Source: Verrucomicrobiia bacterium (GTDB lineage Bacteria > Verrucomicrobiota > Verrucomicrobiia > Limisphaerales > UBA11358). From it: DNA of 64,000 nucleotides. Below the pieces are notes generated by a model, which was not told where the DNA came from, searched no databases, and saw only the letters and a list, made by a program, of their open reading frames with translations. This document shows positions 19,601 to 27,594 of the stretch, piece by piece; the first letter of the stretch is position 1; each line of letters starts with the position of its first letter. The stretch spans positions 9,401 through 73,400 of the forward strand of contig DASYEY010000200.1 in assembly GCA_036498725.1 (NCBI GenBank). Direction: 5' to 3'. The position numbers were made by a program, and so were the translations under genes.

Positions 19601-22600
19601 CTGGATGTTCGCTTACAACGCGACCAATGTCGCGCAACAGGTCGGCGTTTACAACGCGACCCCCAACGGCGTCGAAGGCGGCTTCTGGGATGGCGGCGGC
19701 GGCCCATCGGTGGATGCCCAGGGCAATATGTATTTCCAGACCGGCAACGGCACGTTTGACGGTGGCACAACCCTTTCCACAACGGCGGATTATTCGATGA
19801 GCTTGCTCAAGCTGGCCACTACCAATGGCCTGACGCTCGTGGATTATTTTGCACCGAACAACGCCGTGGCCTTGAGCGGCGGGGACCAGGACCTGGGCTC
19901 GGCTTCACCGATCATCCTGCCGGATTCCGCTGGCAGCGCCGCGCATCCGCATCTGGTGGTGGGCGGCGGCAAAACCGCGCCGATTTATGTGGTGGATCGC
20001 GATAATATGGGACGGTTCCACGGCACGGGCAGCACCAACTGGATCGTGCAGCTATTCAACGGCGGCCCGGGCGGCGACCGCGATACGGCGCCGGCATTTT
20101 TCAATAATGCACTTTACACCATTGATTCCAATGGACGGATCGGCGCTTACAAGATCACCAACGCGGTGTTCAATACCACGCCGGTGGAAACGCCCGACAC
20201 TTTTGACAACAAAGGCGGCGCTACGGCCAGTATTTCAGCCAACGGCACGAGCAATGCGATCGCGTGGGTGATCTATAACACCGGCGGTCAAAGTCCGGCG
20301 ACACCATGTGTGCTGCGGGCTTATAATGCCACCAATCTTACCCAAAAACTTTATGCCAGCGACCAGGTCACCGCCCGTGATACCGCCGGCAGTGCGGTTA
20401 AATTTACGACGCCCACCATCGCCAACGGCAAGGTCTATGTCGGCGCGCAATACTCCCTGACCGTTTATGGCCTCGCCGCTGTGTTCGTGAGCACGCCGGT
20501 CATCAGCCCCGGCGGCGGTGTGTTCACTAATTCCGTGACGGTGACTTTGTCAGATGCGACGACGGGTGCGGTGATTTATTACACCTTGGACGGAACCGCG
20601 CCCACGACCAATTCCATTCGCTACACCGTGCCGTTTGTCTTGACCAACTCCGTGTCCGTCACCGCTGGGGCTTTCAAGACGGGCGCAGTGCCCAGCGGCA
20701 CGACCAGCACCAGCTTCATCAACAGCTCCGCCATCGGCAACGGAACCGGATTGCTGGGGCAATATTTTGCGAACACGACCAGCGGCGCATTTATCACTCC
20801 AGGATTCAATACCGCTCCCACGCTGACACGGGTTGATTCGACCATCAATTTTGATTGGAGCACCACCCCGCCGGCGGCCAACGTTGGCCCCAATACTTAT
20901 GTGGTCCGCTGGACCGGCGCCGTGGAGCCGCAGTTCAATGAAACGTATACTTTTTCGACGACCACGGATGACGGCGTGCGGTTATGGGTGAATGGCCAAT
21001 TGCTCATTGATGAATGGGTGGACCAAGGGGCGACGACCTGGAGCGGCCAAATCAACCTGGTGGCGCAGCAACGTTACAACATCGAGATGGATTTTTATCA
21101 GAATGGCGGCGGTTCACAGGCGCAACTGTTCTGGGGCAGTCCCTCGACGGGGAGCATGCTGATCATTCCCCAGACTCAACTCTATCCGGTGACGAATCCA
21201 CCGCCATCGGTCGTGTTGACCACCCCAACCAATGGTGCCAGCTACACCGCCAGTGCCAGCGTGACCATGAGTGCCGATGCGGCCGCGCAATATAATGACT
21301 TGAACCGCGTGGATTTTTATGCGGGAACGACGTTGCTGGGCAGCGTTAGTAATCTGCCCTGCACGCTGACTGCCAATGGCTTGGCGGCTGGCAGTTATGC
21401 GTTAAAGGCCGTGGCGGTGGATGCCACCGGGTTGAGCAGCACCTCGGCGCCGGTCAACATCACGGTCAATCCCGGCAGCGGCCTGCCTTATGGATTGACC
21501 AATGCGAACGTGACGCCGGCCTTCTTCAACATGCCGCCAGCCTTTGACGGCACGTCATTCGCTTCCATTCCGCAGCATCTGTCGCAAACGGGCGTTTTCA
21601 CGAACACACCGGCGATGCAGCCTTACCGTGGCTTGATTCCTTATCTGCCAAACACACCGCTATGGTCGGATGGGGCAGCAAAAATCCGTTATCTCTCCAT
21701 TCCGAATAACGGCAGTCCGTTCACACCCGATGAACAGATCACCTTTGCGCCGACGGGCAACTGGACTTTCCCGGCCGGTTCCATCTTTGTCAAAACCTTT
21801 GCCTTGCAGACCAACCAAAGCGACCCCAATTCGTTGCGCCGATTGGAAACACGGTTGCTGGTCCGTGACATCAATGGGACGGTTTATGGTGTGACTTACA
21901 AGTGGCGTTCTGACAACAGCGAAGCGGATCTGCTTACGACCTCGAGCAATGAAAACATCGCCATCACCACGCCGGGTGGCGTGACGACGCAGACTTGGTA
22001 TTACCCAAGTGTGTCGGATTGCTTGACCTGCCATACGCCTGCTGCCAATTACGTGCTCGGTTTGAGCACGCGTCAATTGAACGGCAGTTGCGCATATCCG
22101 TCCGGGGTGACGGACAATCAATTGCGAACGTTGAACCGGGTTGGCTTGCTGAATCCGGCGTTTAACGAAACCAGCCTCACCAATTTTGAAAAACTGTATG
22201 CCATCACGAATCTGACGGCATCGCTGGAAGATCGGGCGCGTTCCTATCTCGACGCCAATTGCGTGCAGTGTCATCAACCGGGCGGCAGTGGTCCGTCATT
22301 TGACGCCCGGTTTGAGACGCCATTAGCCAGTCAAAACCTCATCAATGGAGTGTTAAGCAAGGGCGATCTGGGATACGACCACGCTTTTATCGTGGCGCCG
22401 CGAGATGTCTGGCGGTCGGTGCTTTATGACCGCATGAACAGTGTGGATTCCACGATCAAAATGCCGCCATTGGCGCGGAATTTGATTGATACAAATGCCA
22501 TCTCCGTCATGGGTGACTGGATCAATAGTCTGGCAGGCACACCGGCCCAGGCGCCGCCGACGATCAATCCAGCCGGGGGAGTCTTTTCTGCGCCGGTTAC

Positions 22601-23009
22601 CGTCATCTTGCAGGCGCCGGATAATACTGCGACGCTTTATTACACACTCGATGGCACGTTGCCCTCCACCAATTCATTGCTGTATACGGCGCCTTTCACC
22701 TTGAACAGCAGCGTCACCTTGCAGGCGGTCGCCACGGAAACGAACTTCAATAACAGCGTTGCCACCACGGCTCAATTTACCATCATGCCGGTTTATTTCA
22801 CGGGCAACATCAGTTTCACCAACAATGTGTTCGCTCTGCAGATTTCCGGCACGGCGGGTTTAAGCTATGTCCTGCAATCGTCCACCAATCTGGTTGACTG
22901 GATCAATGTGAGCACGAATACGCCTTCGGTGAATCCTTTCTACCTGATGGATACGAATACGACCGGCATTCCCGCTCAATTTTTCCGGGCAATCCAATTG
23001 TCGCCGTGA
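16614..23009 (+). CDS. 2131-aa secreted multidomain protein. Order: N-terminal unknown domains, Ig-like, 2 x FN3-like, PQQ-like beta-propeller, CHB_HEX_C, PA14, Ig-like, dihaem (2 x CxxCH) module, CHB_HEX_C, then the FYRV-type C-terminal module.
   Basis: Signal peptide: MRKTLNRWLNRLLPVFLSGMATSALA. Propeller strings: VYVATEHNSVYAFDADD, GDNQPYHGWMFAYNA, GDQDLGSASPIILPD, ANGKVYVGAQYSLTVYGL. PA14: GLLGQYFANT...YVVRWTGAVEPQFNETYTFSTTTDDGVRLWVNGQLLID. CLTCH is at 22020..22034 and CVQCH at 22260..22274. C-terminus: ...FALQISGTAGLSYVLQSSTNLVDWINV...AQFFRAIQLSP. Confidence 0.85.
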   Translation: MRKTLNRWLNRLLPVFLSGMATSALAQSALSDFNTPGQLTANFSSWNDAGGVNAGNYAFAENTTDGVNGSGGINVAQNTDTTVTYKSGSWNFATNGANLTVSTMIYAAGGNNGDKIQLGIINSTANGLNGNAGVQFESFRFIPASATTWTAYEQFRSGETLTTGAALGNVTVTAGHWYKFTVSATNISGASGNMAAACALFDYGINGVTPGANLVTFSTVQIHAAQDIATDTTVYPAFRLIANTAVSAWDNFLVFSSNNAPIFTSKLANTTVIAGSPATFTALADGPGNITYAWFTNNVLAVGATNITYTTPSLNASFTNLAVVAKNANGSVTNAAVINVAATTNMTPLLLTGFNLDVVVESNAPGTPYNSYAAELNPGEGTAFYQQGLAGTAYGLPASGSFNSVIDGTIFQFQPYTANNALVMSSATGIATGTLTLVNPATYNAISILANSANGTPTSTGTLAVNFADGSTFTTNYVASDWFFNTGFAIQGTGRINLTSGAVTGTPTDPRFYQTIINLAALLGAGNKPIASLTFGQAPDANVTAIYAVSGYLSASNTFTPASMTNLPATGIQPTSATLSGQVVSSGGFAPTITVYYGTVNGGTNAGSWANSVNLGVQTGAFSQSVSNLLPGTFYYYTVNGVNYAGNSWAAPSQSFSTAPLAVPQVTTAPATAISANTATLNGQVLSTGGSPTGVILFYGLTDGGTNAGTWSNQFSLGLQSGAFSQTISGLSSNAVYYFTAEATNSQGAAWSAPSQTFTTLATNPVFTGVPVLTYHNDNTRWGVNPNETTLTLANVNTNSFGRLFTYTVDGFVYAQPLIMTNVNIPGKGTHNVVYVATEHNSVYAFDADDNSGANASPLWQTSFINPAAGITTVPNGDVGTTDITPEVGITSTPVIDPVTGTIYFEVKTKEPGPVYVHRLHALDIATGLERTNFNSPSVITCTNYLGSGNGDNDGKTPAHVLWNPMREHSRPALTLLNGAVYMSFASHGDNQPYHGWMFAYNATNVAQQVGVYNATPNGVEGGFWDGGGGPSVDAQGNMYFQTGNGTFDGGTTLSTTADYSMSLLKLATTNGLTLVDYFAPNNAVALSGGDQDLGSASPIILPDSAGSAAHPHLVVGGGKTAPIYVVDRDNMGRFHGTGSTNWIVQLFNGGPGGDRDTAPAFFNNALYTIDSNGRIGAYKITNAVFNTTPVETPDTFDNKGGATASISANGTSNAIAWVIYNTGGQSPATPCVLRAYNATNLTQKLYASDQVTARDTAGSAVKFTTPTIANGKVYVGAQYSLTVYGLAAVFVSTPVISPGGGVFTNSVTVTLSDATTGAVIYYTLDGTAPTTNSIRYTVPFVLTNSVSVTAGAFKTGAVPSGTTSTSFINSSAIGNGTGLLGQYFANTTSGAFITPGFNTAPTLTRVDSTINFDWSTTPPAANVGPNTYVVRWTGAVEPQFNETYTFSTTTDDGVRLWVNGQLLIDEWVDQGATTWSGQINLVAQQRYNIEMDFYQNGGGSQAQLFWGSPSTGSMLIIPQTQLYPVTNPPPSVVLTTPTNGASYTASASVTMSADAAAQYNDLNRVDFYAGTTLLGSVSNLPCTLTANGLAAGSYALKAVAVDATGLSSTSAPVNITVNPGSGLPYGLTNANVTPAFFNMPPAFDGTSFASIPQHLSQTGVFTNTPAMQPYRGLIPYLPNTPLWSDGAAKIRYLSIPNNGSPFTPDEQITFAPTGNWTFPAGSIFVKTFALQTNQSDPNSLRRLETRLLVRDINGTVYGVTYKWRSDNSEADLLTTSSNENIAITTPGGVTTQTWYYPSVSDCLTCHTPAANYVLGLSTRQLNGSCAYPSGVTDNQLRTLNRVGLLNPAFNETSLTNFEKLYAITNLTASLEDRARSYLDANCVQCHQPGGSGPSFDARFETPLASQNLINGVLSKGDLGYDHAFIVAPRDVWRSVLYDRMNSVDSTIKMPPLARNLIDTNAISVMGDWINSLAGTPAQAPPTINPAGGVFSAPVTVILQAPDNTATLYYTLDGTLPSTNSLLYTAPFTLNSSVTLQAVATETNFNNSVATTAQFTIMPVYFTGNISFTNNVFALQISGTAGLSYVLQSSTNLVDWINVSTNTPSVNPFYLMDTNTTGIPAQFFRAIQLSP

Positions 23010-23101
23010 GGCCGGGCAGGGGTTGGTTTTTTAGCCACGAAAGGACACGGATGAAACACGGAAAATGAGTGTCGCGCGCAGAACGCGAAGGGAAAAATTC
23101 C

Positions 23102-23161
23102 GTGGTGACTTTGGCCGCGCTGCGGCCAAAGTCGTCGCCGAGCGTAGCGTCAGGCGACGAA
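23102..23161 (+). repeat. Copy 1 of a 60-nt structured dispersed repeat (REP-like, two hairpins)
   Basis: The sequence is GTGGTGACTTTGGCCGCGCTGCGGCCAAAGTCGTCGCCGAGCGTAGCGTCAGGCGACGAA. By hand count, 53 of 60 positions are identical to the reverse complement of 50602..50661. Internal stems: TTTGGCCGC/GCGGCCAAA and GTCGCC/GGCGAC. Confidence 0.7.
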
Positions 23162-23197
23162 CCGTTGCGTATCCAATGTCTAATGCTCTAATTTGCC

Positions 23198-24214
23198 CTA
23201 ACCGGCGTTTTCAACAGGCTGGGCGGAAATCTGTAGCATCCGTTCAATGGGCAGGCGGGCGCGTTCCAGAATTTCCGGGGGCAATTCCACGCGCGGGGCG
23301 AGGTTTTTCATGCAGTCACGGACTTTTTCCAGCGTGTTCATCTTCATGAACCGGCATTCGCTGCAACGGCAATTATCGGTCGGTGCGCGCATCGCATCAA
23401 AAACCGGCGCGCAGAGAAATTCCTTGTCCGGGCACGCCTTCTGCATCCGGTGAATGATGCCGGATTCCGTCACGATGATGAATTGCTTTGCCGGATCATT
23501 TTTGCAGAACGTGATCATCTTTTCCGTGGAGCAGACGGCATCGGCCAGATCGCGTACTTCGCGTAGACTTTCCGGGTGGACGATGACTTTGGCCGCCGGA
23601 TATTGCGCCTTCAACTTCACGATGGCATCACGACGAAACTCGACGTGCGCATAACAGTTGCCTTTCCATAAGGTCATCTTGCGACCGGTCTGTTCCATCA
23701 CCCATTGGCCAAGGTTTTCATCCGGCACGAACAAAATATCCTTATCCTTTGGTGCCGCATTGACGATTTTTTCGGCATTGCCGCTGGTCACGATCACATC
23801 GCACAACGCTTTTACCGCTGCACTGCAATTGATATAGGCAATCGTCCAGAAATTGGGATTGGTGGCTTGCAAGGCTGCCAGTTTCGGTGCCGGACAGCTT
23901 TCTTCCAATGAACAACCGGCATCCTTGTCCGGCAACACCACGATTTTGTTTGGGTTTAAAATCTTGGCCGTTTCCGCCATGAAATGTACCCCGCAGAAAA
24001 CGATCACATCCGCATTGGTTTTGGCGGCTTCCTGCGCCAGCCCAAGGGAATCACCCACAAAATCCGCGATATCCTGAATCTCCGGCACTTGATAATTGTG
24101 CGCGAGAATGACGGCATTCAATTGCTTTTTCAGGGCGTAAATTTCTTTGGCCAGCGGCGTGAATTTTTCCTGGCTCATCACTGCGCGCGGCTGAATTTCG
24201 GCGACATCAATCAT
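23198..24214 (-). CDS. nadA: Quinolinate synthase
   Basis: It carries ILAHNYQVPEIQDIADFVGDSLGLAQ, VHFMAETAKILNP and the conserved Cys-containing segments. The alternative start at MSQEKF is 12 codons downstream. Confidence 0.9.
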   Translation of the reverse strand: MIDVAEIQPRAVMSQEKFTPLAKEIYALKKQLNAVILAHNYQVPEIQDIADFVGDSLGLAQEAAKTNADVIVFCGVHFMAETAKILNPNKIVVLPDKDAGCSLEESCPAPKLAALQATNPNFWTIAYINCSAAVKALCDVIVTSGNAEKIVNAAPKDKDILFVPDENLGQWVMEQTGRKMTLWKGNCYAHVEFRRDAIVKLKAQYPAAKVIVHPESLREVRDLADAVCSTEKMITFCKNDPAKQFIIVTESGIIHRMQKACPDKEFLCAPVFDAMRAPTDNCRCSECRFMKMNTLEKVRDCMKNLAPRVELPPEILERARLPIERMLQISAQPVENAG

Positions 24215-24259
24215 GGTGAAAAGTTACCGCCGAAAACTGCCAGCGTCAAACTCATCACT

Positions 24260-27200
24260 TCACTGCACGCCGACACGGTAGAAATATGAACTGGAGTTGG
24301 TCATCAAATAATTAGTAAAACTGGTGGTGCCAGCTCGACCAATAATATTATTTTGGATGGTAACGAAACCGTTTTTCAAATCTGAACAGTCTTGCAGGTA
24401 ATAATTCCGATTAGTGGTGCTTTGCCAGGTTAACACGACGCGACTTGGGTAATTAATGAAGACTGGCGGAGCCAGTTGAAGTACGGAAAGGGCGTTGGTG
24501 GGGCTGGTGCCAGCCAGCCATTCCTGCCAGTTATTCATATGATCGCCATCAGAATCCACATAGTTTGCCGAACCATCCGTGGGCAGGCCGTTCTGGCCGA
24601 GCCACGCAATGAATGGCTCCATGTTTATCACGTTTGTGACGCTCGCATCTTGAAATTCCGTAGCCCCAATATCGACTGCACCGCCAACAACACGAGGAAA
24701 ACCATCTAAATCCATCAAATTGACGACAAGGCTGCTGTCACCAGCGTTGATGCAGGGGGAATTGGTCGCCAGATGAAAAGGAGGTGGATTAGTCAGAGCA
24801 GAATATGATTCAATGAATAATGGTGCATTCGTAAAGTTGCCGGAGCCGCTGACCGAGAATGAAGTGCAGCAATGGTCAAAAAAACTTTGGCTGGCGGAAA
24901 GATGAGGGGAATTTGCTGGATAAAATCCATAAATGATGCTGTTTGTAGCCATGCAGTATTGTATTGGGGGATAAGTACTGCTTTGGAAGAATGGTAAAAT
25001 TATTGTGCAGTTGTTAAGCACGCCACTAATAATGAGATTGCCATTGGCCGCATTGAAAAATCCGTTGAATTGACAATTATCCAAAATATCCTGATAGGAT
25101 GACGTATTGGCATTGTAAATGCAACGACTCAGCTTGCTGCCATAGCTGGTATAGAAGGAGTAACCGTCTAATGTGCAGTTGACTGTGGTATTTGAATAGA
25201 TTGCACCACCGCTACCACCAACGGCATAATTGTTTGTTAATAAACAATCGTAACAAGTTCCAAAAGCGGTCCCACCACCGTAGTACGCAGTATTGAAAAT
25301 TATGGGGCAGTTTGTCAAATTGGCAAAAGCCGCGCCGCCACCATAGCTTGAGGCGGAATTAGATACCAAATAGCATCCGTTTAAAGTATTTGAATAGGCT
25401 CCCCCGCCGTAGGTAGCCAAATTATTGGCCAGCGCGCAACCGATGAGCAGACCAAACGCTGCCCCGCCGCCGTCGCCATTGGTCACGGCATTGCCAGCCA
25501 GCATGCAGTTTGTCAACGTACAGGAGTAAGCGCCGCCACCAGAAATTGGTAATTTGCTGGATAATGGACCGCTCAGCCAGTTGCTATTCAATATGCAATC
25601 AGTAAGTGAATTGGAGCAGGCTCCGCCGCCTTTGGAAAAGGAATAGTTTCGTGCCAGCAAGCAATTGGTTAAAATTCCTCCGGCTGCACCGCCACCAAAC
25701 TGGCTCGAATTATTATTTAACAACGTGCAGCCAGCTAATAAGCTGGAAAATGTACCGCCGCCAACCGTGGAGAAATTAGTTGTGACCATGCAGTTCAACA
25801 AAGTTCCGAAAGCAACGCCTCCACCAGAGTTATTGGCATGACTGTAGGAGATTGTACAAGCAACTAAAGTTCCCGAATAGGCGCCGCCGCCTTGATTGGC
25901 GGATGAACAGGTCGTGATCACGCAATTTGACAACGTTGCCAGGGGCGATTGGCACCAAACACCGCCGCCATTTTGATTCGTAAGATTGTCGCCGTTGAAC
26001 ATGGCTGCCCCATTGCTCAAGGTGAATCCGATGATTGACGCACCGTCGGCGACATAAGCGCAACGCACACCCGTTGGAGAACCTTGAATGGCGGTATATT
26101 TTGCTCCTGAAAGGCTAATCAGGGTAATGGGTTTATTGACGGTCACCCGATTGGTTACGAATCCATAAGCTGCCCGCCCGCCGGTGGCATAAATTCCATT
26201 GGAGACCACGATAAAGTCACCAGCGGCGGCAACGTCAATGGCGTCCTGAATATTCGTGGCCGCAGTCACCCAATTGGTATAGGGGGACATCACGTTAGTA
26301 TTGGCATTAAACGGGAAAGATATTGGCGGATGGACGTAATGCACCGTTTGCGTAAAATCCTGCTGATATTCATAGGCGCCCAGATCCACGGCACTGCCAA
26401 TAACGCGCGGATGGCTGGCCAAATCAACGTCACCGATATCAGCATTGGTCGTTCCATTATCAAGGCAGAACGACCACGGCATTAAGCGGAAATCGCCTCC
26501 GTCAGCATTGAAAAAACCAGGCGAATTAGTGATGTTTTTGCTGCCGCTCGCTAGATTGTTGGTCGGAATAGTACAGCAATTGACTGCGATAGACTGGGAG
26601 ATATTGGGACTAAATTGCGAAACCATTGAATTATTATAATAGATAATACAATTGGTTAAATTACCACCAACGATTCCGCCGCCGCTGCTGTAGTTGGCCG
26701 AATTATTTGCAATCGTGCAATTATTAAGGGCGGCAAGGCCAAGAGAGTAAACGCCACCACCACCGCCATTGGCATTATTATTGCCGCAATAATTGGCGCT
26801 CACAAGGCAGTTTCTAATTGAAGCCGCACCACAATTGATTCCACCACCATTACCTGAAGTGGAATTACTGCTAATAATGCAATTATAAATCCTTGCAAAA
26901 ATGCCGGATCCACTGGCGAAAACACCACCTCCACCATTGTTGCCGGAACAATTACCAATTATTACGCAGTTTGTGACCATGCCATTTATGCAGGTGACTC
27001 CACCGCCACTCTCATCAACAGTTGTCGCACCGCCCGTCAGAGTAAACCCAGATATTACGGTTGCAGCGCCAGAAATAGAGACACATCGGACAGCCGTACT
27101 CCCATTCGTAGTTACTGGCACTTGATAGCCGAGAATTGTTGTGACATTCGGCCCATTAACACTTTGGACAGTAATTGACTTATTGATTAATACCCGGTTA

Positions 27201-27442
27201 GTAGTGCTTGTTGAACTCGGATACGGCCGCCCACCAGTTTTATAAACTCCGTTGGTTACCAAAACGGTATCGTTTGCGCTGGCGGCATCAATCGCGTCTT
27301 GAATACTTGTTGCTGCCGTGTTCCAACTGCCGAAAGGTGACAGGGGAGTTGGGTTGTTGACGTTGACATATAAAACCGAGGCGGAAACGTGCGCGGCAAG
27401 AATCATCAAGGCGGCCAGGCCGTAAATCATTTTCGACTTCAT
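24260..27442 (-). CDS. 1060-aa secreted parallel beta-helix protein (Pmp-like GGxG repeats, choice-of-anchor-Q-like). It has two tandem cap + beta-helix modules, a Ca-binding-like DSDGD motif and the FYRV C-terminal module.
   Basis: After the signal peptide the sequence reads SVLYVNVNNPTPLSPFGSWNTAATSIQDAIDAASANDTVLVTNGVYKTGG. The second cap is MSPYTNWVTAATNIQDAIDVAAAGDFIVVSNGIYATGG. The modules end in DLASHPRVIGSAVDLGAYEYQ and DLDGFPRVVGGAVDIGATEFQ. C-terminus: DSDGDHMNNWQEWLAGTSPTNALSVL...VVLTWQSTTNRNYYLQDCSDL...YFYRVGVQ. Confidence 0.8.
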   Translation of the reverse strand: MKSKMIYGLAALMILAAHVSASVLYVNVNNPTPLSPFGSWNTAATSIQDAIDAASANDTVLVTNGVYKTGGRPYPSSTSTTNRVLINKSITVQSVNGPNVTTILGYQVPVTTNGSTAVRCVSISGAATVISGFTLTGGATTVDESGGGVTCINGMVTNCVIIGNCSGNNGGGGVFASGSGIFARIYNCIISSNSTSGNGGGINCGAASIRNCLVSANYCGNNNANGGGGGVYSLGLAALNNCTIANNSANYSSGGGIVGGNLTNCIIYYNNSMVSQFSPNISQSIAVNCCTIPTNNLASGSKNITNSPGFFNADGGDFRLMPWSFCLDNGTTNADIGDVDLASHPRVIGSAVDLGAYEYQQDFTQTVHYVHPPISFPFNANTNVMSPYTNWVTAATNIQDAIDVAAAGDFIVVSNGIYATGGRAAYGFVTNRVTVNKPITLISLSGAKYTAIQGSPTGVRCAYVADGASIIGFTLSNGAAMFNGDNLTNQNGGGVWCQSPLATLSNCVITTCSSANQGGGAYSGTLVACTISYSHANNSGGGVAFGTLLNCMVTTNFSTVGGGTFSSLLAGCTLLNNNSSQFGGGAAGGILTNCLLARNYSFSKGGGACSNSLTDCILNSNWLSGPLSSKLPISGGGAYSCTLTNCMLAGNAVTNGDGGGAAFGLLIGCALANNLATYGGGAYSNTLNGCYLVSNSASSYGGGAAFANLTNCPIIFNTAYYGGGTAFGTCYDCLLTNNYAVGGSGGAIYSNTTVNCTLDGYSFYTSYGSKLSRCIYNANTSSYQDILDNCQFNGFFNAANGNLIISGVLNNCTIILPFFQSSTYPPIQYCMATNSIIYGFYPANSPHLSASQSFFDHCCTSFSVSGSGNFTNAPLFIESYSALTNPPPFHLATNSPCINAGDSSLVVNLMDLDGFPRVVGGAVDIGATEFQDASVTNVINMEPFIAWLGQNGLPTDGSANYVDSDGDHMNNWQEWLAGTSPTNALSVLQLAPPVFINYPSRVVLTWQSTTNRNYYLQDCSDLKNGFVTIQNNIIGRAGTTSFTNYLMTNSSSYFYRVGVQ

Positions 27443-27594
27443 ATTTTAAAATCTTAAATCTTCTAAGTCGGAAAGATTTATCATGCCAGGCAAGACGGTT
27501 CAATTAAATACAACCGCACCTTGCAGACAAAAATTGCTGGCGCCGGTTGAAGTTGATTATGAGCCAAAAGCGGACGAACTCATCATCAACAATT

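Noticed and set aside
22990-23035. A T6 run after the 2131-aa gene, considered as an intrinsic terminator.
   Set aside because: I could not draw a convincing GC-rich stem immediately upstream of the T-run.
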